Shown here: piece after piece, positions 39,333 through 50,691 of the stretch
Layout: each line of letters begins with the position of its first letter
Numbering within the stretch: position 1 is the stretch's first letter
Translations under genes and position numbers: made by a program
Notes under the pieces: model-generated
What the model saw: only the letters and a program-made list of their open reading frames with translations
Database searches by the model: none
Told to the model about the DNA's origin: nothing
Source of the DNA: Gammaproteobacteria bacterium
GTDB taxonomy: Bacteria; Pseudomonadota; Gammaproteobacteria; CBDBNL01; JAAOII01
Direction of reading: 5' to 3'
DNA length: 64,000 bases
NCBI GenBank assembly: GCA_965209035.1
Contig: OZ242372.1
Location: forward strand, 800,001-864,000

Positions 39333-40148
39333 ATGAGCTCCCTTACAACCCGAAGAGAATTCTTTCTGTTTTCCGGCTTTCTGGCAGCTATGTTCTTTCT
39401 TTTCGTTGCCGTAGGGGCCACACAAACCAACCGGGAGATCTTTCTCATCACCAACCGCCTTGCTTCCGCCCTGCCGTCCGGGGTTTGGGCGCATCTGAGT
39501 CTCCTCGCCGATGCGACCGCGGCCATAGCTGTTCTGAGTTTGTTTGTCTTTAAATACCCTAACTTTGCGGTTATTTCAATTTGGGGAGGGGCTCTGTTGG
39601 GAATTTTTGGACAGATCATCAAGAGGACAGCGGATATCAAACGCCCGGCGGCAATCTTGCCCGACACGGATTTTCAAATCATTGGTGATCCCTTGTTTGC
39701 GCATGCTTTTCCTTCGGGACATTCTTTGACCGCACTTCTGTTTGCATCCTGTGTGATTTTTTATTTTCGCCCCCGACTCGCATTTTCCGTTGCAATTGCG
39801 ACAGCCGGTATGCTGATTGCAAGTTCGCGCATCGCGGTTGGAGCACACTGGCCGCTGGATGTCCTTGCCGGCGGTATGATCGGCTGGACGGGCGGTTACT
39901 TATTGATGACTCTCCTGCGTCAAAAAGAATTTGGAATATTTGCCAAAGGAATCACGCTGGCCCTTTGCTGCGCCGCTGTTCTAATTCTTCCGTTTACGGA
40001 CACCAACCTGCCGCAAACCGGGTTCTTTGTTTACATCGCTTCCGCCTTATTAGGTATCTCGGCTTTCTTCAAGATCTGCAAGATCTGTGCCACTTGGCGG
40101 CGAAAACAAAAAATGAACCGGAAAAAAACGCCGCAACCGCCAAAATAA
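39333..40148 (+). CDS. PAP2 family membrane phosphatase
   Basis: KRTADIKRP, FPSGHS, SRIAVGAHWPLDV; multiple TM segments. Confidence 0.9.
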   Translation: MSSLTTRREFFLFSGFLAAMFFLFVAVGATQTNREIFLITNRLASALPSGVWAHLSLLADATAAIAVLSLFVFKYPNFAVISIWGGALLGIFGQIIKRTADIKRPAAILPDTDFQIIGDPLFAHAFPSGHSLTALLFASCVIFYFRPRLAFSVAIATAGMLIASSRIAVGAHWPLDVLAGGMIGWTGGYLLMTLLRQKEFGIFAKGITLALCCAAVLILPFTDTNLPQTGFFVYIASALLGISAFFKICKICATWRRKQKMNRKKTPQPPK

Positions 40149-40295
40149 GATCGTCGCCGCCACGCGCGATATCCGGCACGGAAGTTGCATAATAAATACT
40201 CGATAAATACTTGGTGGGGCGACAGCAAAAGCCTGTTTAATGCGATGTCGGTTGTTTGAGTTGTGTTTGGGTTGTGTTTAATTGGGGCAAGAAAT

Positions 40296-40368
40296 TGGGC
40301 CCGGTAGGATTTGAACCTACGACCAAAAGATTATGAGTCTTCTGCTCTAACCCCTGAGCTACAGGCCC
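40296..40368 (-). tRNA. tRNA with CAT anticodon, most likely tRNA-Ile2 (lysidine); CCA not encoded
   Basis: GGGCCTGTAGCTCAGGGGTTAGAGCAGAAGACTCATAATCTTTTGGTCGTAGGTTCAAATCCTACCGGGCCCA; ileX-like sequence in the usual position downstream of rpoD. Confidence 0.92.
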
Positions 40369-42272
40369 TTCTCGGATTCGGCCTCCTTCTCCTTCTCCTT
40401 CTCCTTAACCAAACCCAGTAATTCCCGCCATTGGTCGACATTTTCGTTCGCCTTTAACTTACGCAAGGCGCGTTGTTCCGCTTGGCGCACCTGGGCTTTG
40501 GTTAAATTAAGGCGCGTGCCGATTTCTTCCGGACTATATTCACGCAACTCGCCTATGCCGAAACGCATTTGCAAAATTTCCGCGTCCAGGCGCGGCAAAT
40601 TTTGCAACATTTTCAACACATTTTGGGAGACATTGACTTTGAATGCTTCGTCATAAGGAGACACGGCATTTGTATCTTCGATAAAATCCTTCAAACTCAC
40701 ATCTTCCTCTTCACCGAGTGATGTCTCAGTGGAAATAGTTTCCTTGCCAATTTTGAGCATACGTTGAATCTTCTCCTCCGGCAATTCCATCGCATCCGCC
40801 AGTTCGTCGGTCTGCACCTCACGGCCGTGTTTTTGCATCATTGACCGTTGCGTCTTGCTAAGACGGTTCATGCTCTCTATCATATGAACCGGTATGCGAA
40901 TGGTGCGCGCCTGATCCGCAATAGAACGGGTGACTGCCTGCCTCACCCACCAGGTTGCATAGGTGGAAAACTTAAAGCCGCGCTTATATTCAAACTTGTC
41001 CACCGCCTTCATTAGTCCCATATTCCCTTCCTGAATCAAATCCAGCAGTTGCAAACCGCGATTGGCATATTTTTTTGCAATAGAGATCACCAATCTTAAA
41101 TTGGCCTCCACCATACGCCTCTTGGCAAGCTTGGCCTCGATATCGCATCGCTTGATATTTTTTGCCAAATCCGCTATCTTTTCAAAAGACAAGCCGTGGA
41201 GTTCGCGGTTCTCTCTTAGAACCTTAACCGCTTTCAAAATCTTGGGCATCCGGTTCTTAATAACACGCCCCTTGTCATCCCGACGCGCGACAAGACTGTG
41301 ATAGTATTCTTCCTCAAAAAGATGCTTTTCTATGGTCGCCGCCCGGTAACCCGCCTCTTTGACAGCGAACTTATAAATTGTTGATTTGGCGGCAATAATA
41401 TCCGAATTCACTCCCAGCACATATTCAACCAGATGATCATAATACTGCGGCTGCAGTTTCATCAACGAAAATTGTTTGCTGAGATTTCTTTGTTTTGCCT
41501 GCGTTTTCTTATCGCCTCTTCCGTGCTTCTCGATGGATTTGTGAACACTCGTAAGTGCACGGTGCAACTCCTCAATCCAGCCGTCCATCTCTTTTCGCAG
41601 TTTGGTCATGCGCTCGCTAATATTACTGCGTTTTTTTCTTTGAGTGGCGCCCGTATTAATACTTTGTTTGACCTTGGCGATTTGTCTTTCCATGTCCACC
41701 TCACCTTCCATATACAACGCAACGCACACCTCGTTGACCTTGTTCTTTTCCCGGCGTGCTATAAGATGAGACACAATAATCTGTTGGACTGCCGGATGAA
41801 ACAGAGAAACATTGCGCATCACTTTCCGCATATTGTTTTCAATCGATCTTGCCAACTGAATTTCCACACTGCGCTCCAAAAGTTTATGGCTACCCATCTG
41901 ACGCATATACATCTTAATTGGAACCTTAAATAAATTCCGCATTCCCGCTTCGCCGACCCCGGATAACAGGATACGCCCGTCATCCCCGCTATAGTCGCCG
42001 TCTCGATCGGCCGGTGCGTTCGGATCTCTTCCCGCTGCAAAAGAGCTTTCATCGTCCCTGGCATCTCCGTAGGCGGAGGAATTTCCTTCCACTACTTCTA
42101 TCCCCTTTTTTTCGATGAGCACCATAATATTTGGCAGCTCATCAATCGCATCCGGGGTGTCTTCCAAACATTCGCTGATCTCCTCGTAGGTTAATGAACC
42201 TCCTTTCTTGCCTTTCTTAATCAGGCGTTCCAATTTTGTCTTATTGACAGACTCTTTGCAATAGTCGCTCAT
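40359..42272 (-). CDS. rpoD: RNA polymerase primary sigma factor
   Basis: Regions 1.1/1.2 and 2 ([58 protein letters not shown]); follows dnaG. Confidence 0.96.
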   Translation of the reverse strand: MSDYCKESVNKTKLERLIKKGKKGGSLTYEEISECLEDTPDAIDELPNIMVLIEKKGIEVVEGNSSAYGDARDDESSFAAGRDPNAPADRDGDYSGDDGRILLSGVGEAGMRNLFKVPIKMYMRQMGSHKLLERSVEIQLARSIENNMRKVMRNVSLFHPAVQQIIVSHLIARREKNKVNEVCVALYMEGEVDMERQIAKVKQSINTGATQRKKRSNISERMTKLRKEMDGWIEELHRALTSVHKSIEKHGRGDKKTQAKQRNLSKQFSLMKLQPQYYDHLVEYVLGVNSDIIAAKSTIYKFAVKEAGYRAATIEKHLFEEEYYHSLVARRDDKGRVIKNRMPKILKAVKVLRENRELHGLSFEKIADLAKNIKRCDIEAKLAKRRMVEANLRLVISIAKKYANRGLQLLDLIQEGNMGLMKAVDKFEYKRGFKFSTYATWWVRQAVTRSIADQARTIRIPVHMIESMNRLSKTQRSMMQKHGREVQTDELADAMELPEEKIQRMLKIGKETISTETSLGEEEDVSLKDFIEDTNAVSPYDEAFKVNVSQNVLKMLQNLPRLDAEILQMRFGIGELREYSPEEIGTRLNLTKAQVRQAEQRALRKLKANENVDQWRELLGLVKEKEKEKEAESEKGL

Positions 42273-42339
42273 TTTTCTATCTTTCTTACCGAGAAATAAT
42301 AATCAATACTTTTAATAATATGCATGCATTTTATAAACA

Positions 42340-44190
42340 TTACCGCGGCCGAGTGATCTGCTCGCCCTCCATACGATGCATTATACGAGACATTTTTTGC
42401 TTCACCGCGGGAATGTAGTCTTTCTTGAGCCGTTCCAACTTGTCTTTTTCGCTCTTTTTTGTGGCTACGACAAGTTCGCTCTTATAGGTTTCTAACAGGA
42501 GACTGCCAACATCCTTAAAAATCCAGTCTCTGCCGAGCGGCGGTTTTCCTTGCCAGGGTCCCAAATAAGCATCACACCCCTTTAACCAACCGTAAAGATA
42601 ATCACCGCCATGATCGGCCGCCTCAAAAAGACGCATCACCTTATGCAGCATCTCCGTATCCGAGCAAGAAGCCGCTGTTTTCAATTCCTTTGCCCAATAT
42701 AATTGCGTCTCTTTTGCCAACTTCCTATCCGCCAGAAATAACAATGCCATTCTGTGCAGTCTGTGTGGCATCGGCTCCGCGGAGACGGACTTTGGAGACC
42801 GCCCGGCGGAAAATTTTCGTTTAACCGGTTTTGCCTCGGACAGCAGGATGGAAATACCCGCCAGTTCTTCGGCATCCTTGTGAATAAGCGTCTTACGATA
42901 GGACACGGGCATCAGAGCCAAACGCTCCGCCAACATCTTAATGGCGCGTGTTTTTGCATCTGTCCCGGCGGCGGACCGTAATTCTTGCAGCAAAAACTCC
43001 TCCAAAGAAACTGATTTTAATTGCTCCCAACCTTGTATGCCGTCTTTAAGCAACAGGCTATTCGGGTCATCACCGGGCGGCAAAAAAAGAAGCGAAAGAT
43101 TTCTGTCGTCGTCAACAAAAGGTAAACACCGAACAACCGCTTTCAGGGCGGCCGCCGAGCCGGCATCGTCTCCGTCAAACGCAACCACAATATTTGCGGT
43201 ATAACGAAATAACTTTTGAGCATGCTCTGCGGTAAACGCCGTTCCCAGACATGCCAGGACCCGTTTTTGCATCCCAAATGCCAAGACATCCGTATAGCCT
43301 TCCACCAAAATCATCTCATCCTTGGGGTCTTTAATTTCCAATGCCTGCGGCTGCCCGTAAAACTCTTTGCTCTTGCTAAAAATGATGCTCTCCGCGGAAT
43401 TGATGTATTTTGGCCCTTCGTCACCCAACCGACGACCGCCAAATCCGATGGGTCGGTTTCTTTGATCATGGATGGGAAACATCACTCTGTTGCGAAAAAA
43501 ATCATACACATCACCCCCCTCGTTCTGTCTGACAAGTTCCAGTTTCAAAGCCACCTTGCGTATTCGATCCTTGTCCAAGGATCTTAAGAGTGCCGCTTTG
43601 CCGGTCGGGGAAAGTTTCGCCGCCAAGGCGGCCGCTCGTATTTTGTCTTCGGTCAAGGACTGCCAGAGTGCCGTACCGCTTGCCGGGGCCACACCCAATT
43701 CATAAAAGCGGGCTGTTTCCTCGGCAATACCCCGTTCCCGCAAGTCATCCGCCAGACCGCTCTTGTCGGCGCGCAATTGCTCCTTGTAAAAGTCCGTGGT
43801 GTGACGCAACAAGGCATAGGCGACATCCGTATCTGACAGCCGCTTTTGCCCTTGGGTACTTTCCTCCCCCGCGGCATAGACAATCGGCACCCCCTGTATT
43901 TCCGCCAAACGCTCCACAGCCGGTAAAAAATCTAACAACTCCGTCCGCCGTAAAAAATGAACGGCATTTCCGCTCTCTTGACACCCAAAACAATAAAACA
44001 AATTCTTCTCGGGGTCAACCGTAAAAGAAGGCGTTTTTTCTTGATGAAAGGGACAAAGACCGACATAACTTCTGCCGGCTCGTTTGAGTTTTACCTTGGT
44101 GCCGACAATACTCACCAGATCGGCGTTTGCCACCAACCCTTCCACAAACCCTTGGTCAATGGGCCTGTTTGAACTTTGCGAAGAAGACAC
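42340..44190 (-). CDS. dnaG: DNA primase
   Basis: CPFHQEKTPSF...CFGC Zn finger, FRNRVMFPI, GFGGR, PKYINS, TOPRIM VEGYTDV and FDGDDAG. Confidence 0.96.
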   Translation of the reverse strand: MSSSQSSNRPIDQGFVEGLVANADLVSIVGTKVKLKRAGRSYVGLCPFHQEKTPSFTVDPEKNLFYCFGCQESGNAVHFLRRTELLDFLPAVERLAEIQGVPIVYAAGEESTQGQKRLSDTDVAYALLRHTTDFYKEQLRADKSGLADDLRERGIAEETARFYELGVAPASGTALWQSLTEDKIRAAALAAKLSPTGKAALLRSLDKDRIRKVALKLELVRQNEGGDVYDFFRNRVMFPIHDQRNRPIGFGGRRLGDEGPKYINSAESIIFSKSKEFYGQPQALEIKDPKDEMILVEGYTDVLAFGMQKRVLACLGTAFTAEHAQKLFRYTANIVVAFDGDDAGSAAALKAVVRCLPFVDDDRNLSLLFLPPGDDPNSLLLKDGIQGWEQLKSVSLEEFLLQELRSAAGTDAKTRAIKMLAERLALMPVSYRKTLIHKDAEELAGISILLSEAKPVKRKFSAGRSPKSVSAEPMPHRLHRMALLFLADRKLAKETQLYWAKELKTAASCSDTEMLHKVMRLFEAADHGGDYLYGWLKGCDAYLGPWQGKPPLGRDWIFKDVGSLLLETYKSELVVATKKSEKDKLERLKKDYIPAVKQKMSRIMHRMEGEQITRPR

Positions 44191-44208
44191 CGATATATGT
44201 ATGTTTGT

Positions 44209-44784
44209 TTATTTTGTCGCCGGGATATCTCCCGCAACTTGCTCCGAGTCCCGCCCGGAATCCTGCCCGGAAACTTGCCTAGAAGTTTGCATAGCCTCTT
44301 TTATCTGATCGTAAGAAAACCCGCGCCCCGCCAAAAAACGCTGTTGGCCGGCTCTGGCGGCCGGGTCCGGCGCCACCTTGCCGTATTTTTTTTGAAACAA
44401 TTCGTATGCCCGGTCGTTCCAAAATCTCTCATCATACGCTTCCAAACAGTTTTGAATATGTGTGTCCGCAACACCTTTGCTTCTCAGATAATGAACGATT
44501 TTGACCTTCCCCCATCCTTTTTCCAAACTCAGGCGAATGTAAGATTTTGTAAAACGCACTTCATCCAGAAACCCCTCACGCGTCAGTTTGTCCAATACCG
44601 CATCTATGCGCGACGCCGCCCGATTCGTTCCGCGCACCCGCAAGAGAAGTTTGTTCTTTAATTCACCCCCGGAATGCTCTCTGCGCGCCAGCAACCGCAA
44701 CGCGGCATTCCATAAAAAATTGTCCGTTGCCGAATTGTCGCTGTCGTCAAACATTTCTCCTTCCGCCGCCGCGACACAGGTCAT
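44209..44784 (-). CDS. recX: Regulatory protein RecX
   Basis: ALRLLARREHS, GFLDEVRF, RFLAGRGFS; directly downstream of recA. Confidence 0.9.
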   Translation of the reverse strand: MTCVAAAEGEMFDDSDNSATDNFLWNAALRLLARREHSGGELKNKLLLRVRGTNRAASRIDAVLDKLTREGFLDEVRFTKSYIRLSLEKGWGKVKIVHYLRSKGVADTHIQNCLEAYDERFWNDRAYELFQKKYGKVAPDPAARAGQQRFLAGRGFSYDQIKEAMQTSRQVSGQDSGRDSEQVAGDIPATK

Positions 44785-44802
44785 GTTCTTGCCATGCGGT
44801 CT

Positions 44803-45882
44803 TTATGTTCCGGCTTCCGGCAGGATTGGGGCATTTGTTTTCTCGGCTTTGTCCGTTTTCTCCATGATCGCCGCTTTCTTTGCCGGCACACTGTCGGGCA
44901 TCAGTATCTCCCGCAATTTTTGTTCCAGTATTTGTGCAACTTCCGGCGTCTCTTTAAGGAAAGTAATGGCACTTGCCTTGCCCTGGCCGATCTTTCGTCC
45001 TTCGTAACTATACCAGGCACCGGCTTTTTCTACCAGATTATTCTGAACTCCCAGATCAACCAATTCGCCAAGACGATTGATCCCCGCGCCATATATAATT
45101 TCAAACTCCACCTGGCGAAACGGCGGCGCAAGTTTGTTCTTAACAACCTTGACGCGCGTTGCATTCCCTTTAATGGTGTCGCCTTCCTTAATTGCGCCTA
45201 TGCGCCGGATATCCAAACGCACCGAAGCGTAAAACTTGAGCGCGTTTCCGCCGGATGTTGTTTCGGGATTACCGAACATGACGCCAATCTTCATTCGTAT
45301 TTGATTAATGAAAATAATCAGCGTATTGGAGCGTTTGACATTGCCGGTGATCTTACGCAACGCCTGACTCATCAAGCGGGCTTGCAACCCCATATGCGCG
45401 TCTCCCATGTCGCCCTCTATTTCGGCGCGGGGAGTGAGTGCGGCAACCGAATCCACTACCAACAGATCCACCCCGCCGGAACGCACCAACATATCGCAAA
45501 TCTCCAATGCTTGCTCGCCCGTATCCGGTTGAGAAATAATGAGGTCGTCCACATTGACCCCCAGTTTCTTGGCATATGAGACATCCAAGGCATGCTCGGC
45601 ATCAACAAAGGCCGCACTGCCGCCCTGCTTATGGCACTCGGCAATCGCTTGCAGGGAAAGTGTTGTCTTACCGGAAGCCTCGGGGCCGTAAATCTCAACG
45701 ATTCGGCCGCGCGGCAAGCCGCCGATACCAAGGGCGATATCCAAACCGAGTGAACCGGTCGGAATCACCGGCACATTCATCTGTTTTTCAGAATCTCCCA
45801 TTTGCATAATTGAGCCCTTGCCAAACTGTTTCTCAATTTGAGCCATTGCGGCTTCCAGTGCTTTTTCTTTTTCTTTTGTCAT
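44803..45882 (-). CDS. recA: Recombinase RecA
   Basis: [56 protein letters not shown]. Confidence 0.99.
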   Translation of the reverse strand: MTKEKEKALEAAMAQIEKQFGKGSIMQMGDSEKQMNVPVIPTGSLGLDIALGIGGLPRGRIVEIYGPEASGKTTLSLQAIAECHKQGGSAAFVDAEHALDVSYAKKLGVNVDDLIISQPDTGEQALEICDMLVRSGGVDLLVVDSVAALTPRAEIEGDMGDAHMGLQARLMSQALRKITGNVKRSNTLIIFINQIRMKIGVMFGNPETTSGGNALKFYASVRLDIRRIGAIKEGDTIKGNATRVKVVKNKLAPPFRQVEFEIIYGAGINRLGELVDLGVQNNLVEKAGAWYSYEGRKIGQGKASAITFLKETPEVAQILEQKLREILMPDSVPAKKAAIMEKTDKAEKTNAPILPEAGT

Positions 45883-45940
45883 GTTTTGTTGTTCCTCCTT
45901 TAATTAATAAATAAATAAAAAAATAAAAATCATTAAACTG

Positions 45941-46489
45941 TTAATTCTCTCCTTGCCGGCCCCGCCGGCCCGCGTTCTTTTTCAACAGGACATACAAAGC
46001 ACCGGTTCCGCCGTCTTGCGGTTTGGCACTGACATATGCCAAAACTTCCGGCACTTCCTTTAACCATGCGGTAATCCTATTTTTCAGTAACACCGGCTGC
46101 GAAGAATTTTTTCCCTTACCGTGAATAATCAACACGGCTTCCGCCCGCCCGCCCGCAAGCACTTCGGATAAAAATTCTTGCAGTTTTTGCCGAGCTCCGA
46201 CCCCGGTTTCACCGTGAATATCCAAGCAAAAGTCCGTATTCATTTTACCGCGTCTTAGCGATTCCAGTTTGCCAACCTGCAACCCCGGCCTCCGATATTC
46301 AACCGCATCTGTGCCGGCATCACCGTCCGCTTGCCCGCGATCCTCTATACGAACCTCTGTCTGCTTGCCGGTGACCCGTACGGAATCTGTCCCCGGCAGC
46401 GGCATGTATTTCGTTTTTTTCATCGCATCCTTAAATTCCGCAACTTCCGATTCGGTGATGTATGATTTATGTTCTTTCACTTTTTGCAA
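45941..46489 (-). CDS. Smr domain endonuclease (SmrA-like)
   Basis: LDIHG, LIIHGKG, DGGTGALYVLLK. Confidence 0.88.
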   Translation of the reverse strand: MQKVKEHKSYITESEVAEFKDAMKKTKYMPLPGTDSVRVTGKQTEVRIEDRGQADGDAGTDAVEYRRPGLQVGKLESLRRGKMNTDFCLDIHGETGVGARQKLQEFLSEVLAGGRAEAVLIIHGKGKNSSQPVLLKNRITAWLKEVPEVLAYVSAKPQDGGTGALYVLLKKNAGRRGRQGEN

Positions 46490-46538
46490 CTTTAATCAAG
46501 CAATCATCAATCAATCATTAAAAGGATAAAAGGGTGTC

Positions 46539-47945
46539 CTAAAGGATGTACTTGCTCAGATCCTTGTCCTGTTGAATACCTCTCAGCCGAGATTCCACCA
46601 TTTTATCGTCCACAACAAGCGGGTTATCCTTGGAATGTTTGGTGGCGAGTTTCTCGGCTTTAAAGGATATATCTTCCAGCAATTTTTCCATCAGGGTGTA
46701 TAACCGTCTGGCACCAATATTCTCGGTATTTTCATTAACTTGCCAGGCAATGTTGGCGATGCTTACGATCGCGGAATCGGAAAACTTCAGACACAGCCCC
46801 TCTGTCGCCAGCAATTCTTGATACTGCAAAATCAAAGAGTTATCCGGCTCTCTGAGGATGCGCTCCAGATCATTCGGTTGCAGAGAACTCAAGTTCACTC
46901 GCACCGGCAATCTTCCTTGCAGCTCCGGGATCATATCGGCGGGAGTGCTCAGATGAAATGCCCCGGAAGCGACGAACAGGATATGATCGGTTTTGATCAT
47001 GCCGTAACGAGTTTTCACCGAAGACCCTTCAATGATTGGCAAGAGATCACGTTGCACTCCTTCGCGCGAAATACCGCCGGCACTTAATCGCCCGTCGCCG
47101 GATTGCGTGATCTTGTCCACTTCGTCCAAAAAGACAATACCGTTTTCTTCAACAGAACGCACCGTGAGTGTTCTTATTTCTTCCTCGTTGATGTTCTCAT
47201 CGATGATCTCTTCGGTCAGGACACGCCTTGCTTCGCTAATTTTGAGTTTCCGTTTGGTCTCCTTGCCGCCGCGCGAATTTTTGAACAGGGATTGCAGTTG
47301 ATTGGAAATCTCTTCCATACCCGGCGGGCCCATAATTTCCACCCCGACGGCCGGAGTATTTGCGCTGATCTCAATCACCTTGTCTTCCAGTTCTTTTTTA
47401 CGCAGTTTGGCGCGAAACCTTTTACGTGCCGGTGAATCACCGTCCGGGGAAAAAGAAGGTTCTTCCGCCGAACTATCCAATTCGCCCAATTCGCCCATAC
47501 CGGCGTGAGGGTTCTCTTTTGAAGACGGCACCAGCGCATTCAAAAGGCGTTCTTCCACTTCTTCCCGGACCGCTTCTTTAATCTCCGCCCGCATCTCATC
47601 GCGCAGCATGTTGGCCGCCACATTGGCGAGATCCCGAATGATGGACTCCACATCGCGCCCCACATAACCCACTTCGGTGAACTTGGTTGCTTCAACCTTA
47701 ATAAACGGCGCGGACACCATATCCGCCAAACGCCTGGCGATTTCTGTCTTACCCACCCCGGTCGGCCCAATCATTAAGATGTTTTTGGGTGTCACCTCGC
47801 GTTGCATCTTCGGTGAAAGCTGCATACGCCGCCAACGACTGCGTAACGCCAGGGCTACCGAACGCTTGGCATCGTTTTGACCGATAATATATTTATCCAA
47901 TTGTCGGATAATCTCTTTCGCCGACAGTTCTTTTTTTTCAATCAT
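46539..47945 (-). CDS. hslU: ATP-dependent protease ATPase subunit
   Basis: [59 protein letters not shown]. Confidence 0.98.
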   Translation of the reverse strand: MIEKKELSAKEIIRQLDKYIIGQNDAKRSVALALRSRWRRMQLSPKMQREVTPKNILMIGPTGVGKTEIARRLADMVSAPFIKVEATKFTEVGYVGRDVESIIRDLANVAANMLRDEMRAEIKEAVREEVEERLLNALVPSSKENPHAGMGELGELDSSAEEPSFSPDGDSPARKRFRAKLRKKELEDKVIEISANTPAVGVEIMGPPGMEEISNQLQSLFKNSRGGKETKRKLKISEARRVLTEEIIDENINEEEIRTLTVRSVEENGIVFLDEVDKITQSGDGRLSAGGISREGVQRDLLPIIEGSSVKTRYGMIKTDHILFVASGAFHLSTPADMIPELQGRLPVRVNLSSLQPNDLERILREPDNSLILQYQELLATEGLCLKFSDSAIVSIANIAWQVNENTENIGARRLYTLMEKLLEDISFKAEKLATKHSKDNPLVVDDKMVESRLRGIQQDKDLSKYIL

Positions 47946-48504
47946 ACTTCAATATCTCCATAGTAAACCTGTGATTTGTATAGATACAAATATCCGCGGC
48001 AATCGCCATCGCCTTCTTGCCAATTTCTTTGACGGACAAATCGGTTTCGTTCAGCAGGGCCCGGGCCGCCGCCTTGGCATAGGTGCCGCCGGATCCGATG
48101 GCAATCAGATCATCCTGTGCTTCTATCACATCCCCGCTACCCGTAATGACGAGAGAATTTTTGTTATCCGCCACTATGAGAAGTGCTTCCAGACGGCGCA
48201 GATATCGGTCTGTTCGCCAGTCTTTCGCCAATTCCACCGCAGAGCGGACAAGCATTCCCTGATGTTTGGAAAGTTTGCCCTCAAATCGTTCAAACAGAGT
48301 AAACGCATCGGCGGTGCCGCCGGCAAAGCCGGCAAGAACCTTGTCATCATATAGTCGCCGCACCTTGCGCGCATTGGGCTTCATAACGGTATGCCCCATA
48401 GAAACCTGGCCATCGCCGATCATGATGACTTCGTTTTTCTTCCGAACGGACAAGATAGTCGTTCCCCTGAGCCCGGTGAGATTGGAAGCGGAATATTCTG
48501 TCAT
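47938..48504 (-). CDS. hslV: ATP-dependent protease subunit
   Basis: [51 protein letters not shown]. Confidence 0.98.
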   Translation of the reverse strand: MTEYSASNLTGLRGTTILSVRKKNEVIMIGDGQVSMGHTVMKPNARKVRRLYDDKVLAGFAGGTADAFTLFERFEGKLSKHQGMLVRSAVELAKDWRTDRYLRRLEALLIVADNKNSLVITGSGDVIEAQDDLIAIGSGGTYAKAAARALLNETDLSVKEIGKKAMAIAADICIYTNHRFTMEILKYD

Positions 48505-48721
48505 TGTCTTACTTATTGTATGTCATGTTCTAAAATTGCTTTGGATACTCGGATACAAGTGTCCCGTCAAAATACAAGTAATCGTTTTGAATTGATACAT
48601 AGCCTTAAACACTATAATAAGAAACAAAAGACACTTTTTCAAGGTTACCGGACGGGTTTTGAGAGTAAAGCATTAAAATTTATGAAAACTTGCGGTTATG
48701 CATTAAAAATCTTAAAAACCC

Positions 48722-48750
48722 TTGCAATCGTCGCTTACCTTGTTTATAAT
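48722..48750 (+). promoter_or_regulatory. Putative sigma70 promoter of the rpsF operon
   Basis: TTGCAA-17 bp-TATAAT, ~85 bp upstream of the rpsF ATG. Confidence 0.65.
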
Positions 48751-48836
48751 TGAATTATATTTGCTGTCGCCTCGTTCTGTTTTATTATTTTTAAGGCGAT
48801 GGCTGTAAGTCCAAAAAAAACGAAATATTAAAAAGT

Positions 48837-49604
48837 ATGGAAAAAAGACACTATGAAGTTTTGTTGATTCTTCGCCCGACCGAAGACGAAAAGATCGCCG
48901 GGCTGGTTGACGAGTATGTGCGTATTCTTAAAGAAGACGGCGAAATAGAGCGTATGGAGCAATGGGGGTTACGCCGGCTTGCCTATGCCATCAAAGATCA
49001 CCGGCGCGGCTTTTATGTTCTGATAAACACCTGTTGCCGGTCTTCCGCCATAGAAAAATTGGAAGAACGGTTCCGATTTGAAGACAATATTTTGCGTTTT
49101 ATGATCATGCGGCAACGAAAAGCACAAACCGGAGAATCACCGGTTGTCCTATCCGCAAAAAATTCAAGGGACAGAGACGGGGACAGGGACAGAGACGGGG
49201 ACAGAAACAGAGACGGGGACAGGAACAGAAACAGAAACAGGAACAGAGATACCGGTTATCAAAAAACCGATACAAGTCCTCCCAAAGAATTGCCGAAAGC
49301 CGCAGAACGCGCGGAAGATTGGAGCGGCGAAAATGTGGACCCGGACGCAACGGACATAACACAACCCAAGTCGGACGATACCGATACTACGCCGGAGAAT
49401 CCCAAAAAAGAATCCGAGTCGAACCCCGTCCGGCAAGACAGCGATCCCGAATCGCCCACACCCGAAATAACGGGCGAAGCATCGGATGCTTCTCTTAAGG
49501 GTAAAGAAGAAACAAGCGAGCAATCGGACAAGCCCGGCAACCCCGACAACGACAATCAAGATAATACCGAAGAAGATAACACCAAAGAAGAAAAGAAAAA
49601 ATAA
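48837..49604 (+). CDS. rpsF: 30S ribosomal protein S6 with a ~150-aa low-complexity acidic C-terminal extension
   Basis: [34 protein letters not shown]; first gene of rpsF-rpsR-rplI. Confidence 0.92.
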   Translation: MEKRHYEVLLILRPTEDEKIAGLVDEYVRILKEDGEIERMEQWGLRRLAYAIKDHRRGFYVLINTCCRSSAIEKLEERFRFEDNILRFMIMRQRKAQTGESPVVLSAKNSRDRDGDRDRDGDRNRDGDRNRNRNRNRDTGYQKTDTSPPKELPKAAERAEDWSGENVDPDATDITQPKSDDTDTTPENPKKESESNPVRQDSDPESPTPEITGEASDASLKGKEETSEQSDKPGNPDNDNQDNTEEDNTKEEKKK

Positions 49605-49852
49605 TGAAACAAACCAAAAGAGCCTTTACACCTTTCCGAAAGAAGAAATGTTTCTTCACCGAAAAAGGCTATACCGACATTGACTATAAAGATACGGACC
49701 TGTTGAAAAAGTACATTGAAGCCGGCGGCAAAATTGTGCCCTCTTATTTCACCGGCACCAGAACCTTTTATCAGCGCAAACTGACCGCGGCAATCAAACG
49801 TGCCCGGTATATGGCACTTTTACCCTACACGGATAATCATAAAAAGAAATAA
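49604..49852 (+). CDS. rpsR: 30S ribosomal protein S18
   Basis: [33 protein letters not shown]. Confidence 0.96.
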   Translation: MKQTKRAFTPFRKKKCFFTEKGYTDIDYKDTDLLKKYIEAGGKIVPSYFTGTRTFYQRKLTAAIKRARYMALLPYTDNHKKK

Positions 49853-49854
49853 TC

Positions 49855-50310
49855 ATGCAAATTATTTTGTTAGACAATATTGACAATCTGGGCAAACTCG
49901 GCGAACTTCGCAATGTTCGTCCCGGTTATGCCCGCAACTACCTCTTCCCGCAGGGAAAAGCCTTGCCGGCAACGGAAGAGAGTAAAAGAATTTATGAAGC
50001 ACGACGGGAAGAACTGGAAAAAGAAGTGCTTGCCAATATGGAAAAAACCGCACAACAGGCGGAAAAAGTAAAGGAATTGGTTATTCGGTTTAGCAGGCGC
50101 GCAAGTGACGAAGGCAAACTTTACGGATCCGTTAGTCTGGACGATGTTGTCAATGAATTAGCCCGGGCGGACATCGCTGTGGAAAAGCGTCAAATTATCA
50201 TGCCAAACGGCACCTTGCGCCACACCGGCGAATACGCAATTCAGTTGCGGTTCGATGCGGAAAATGTGGCGGATATCCCGCTTGAGATCAACCCGGAAAC
50301 AGGAGGATAA
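49855..50310 (+). CDS. rplI: 50S ribosomal protein L9
   Basis: MQIILL, LGKLG, VRPGYARNYLFPQGKA, GKLYGSV. Confidence 0.97.
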   Translation: MQIILLDNIDNLGKLGELRNVRPGYARNYLFPQGKALPATEESKRIYEARREELEKEVLANMEKTAQQAEKVKELVIRFSRRASDEGKLYGSVSLDDVVNELARADIAVEKRQIIMPNGTLRHTGEYAIQLRFDAENVADIPLEINPETGG

Positions 50311-50313
50311 CCC

Positions 50314-50691
50314 ATGCCGAATATTCAATCCGCAAAAAAACGAGCCCGTCAAAATATTAAACTGCGTTTGGCGAAAGGAAGTCAAAGAAATCAAGTCATT
50401 ACAGCCGTTAAGAAAGTGATTCGCCAAACAACCGAAAACAAACAAACAGAATCTCGTGAAAGTTTTGTTAAAGCACAAAAACTGATGGACGGCTCCGTCA
50501 ACAAAAAACTATTTCACAAGAATAAGATCTCGCGTCTCAAAGCGCGTCTCAATCGTCGCATCAAAGCAATTACGGGGAATGCCCCCGCATCCCCGGAATC
50601 CGAAAGCCGCAACAAAGAGGCATCTCCGGCACCATCCCCCGAATCCCAAACAGAAAGCAGTACGGATACAAAAAACGAGAATACCTCGTAA
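50314..50691 (+). CDS. rpsT: 30S ribosomal protein S20 with C-terminal extension
   Basis: MPNIQSAKKRARQ, HKNKISRLKARL. Confidence 0.93.
   Translation: MPNIQSAKKRARQNIKLRLAKGSQRNQVITAVKKVIRQTTENKQTESRESFVKAQKLMDGSVNKKLFHKNKISRLKARLNRRIKAITGNAPASPESESRNKEASPAPSPESQTESSTDTKNENTS

Noticed and set aside
44794-45579. 261-aa ORF opposite recA
   Set aside because: Antisense shadow of a highly conserved gene.
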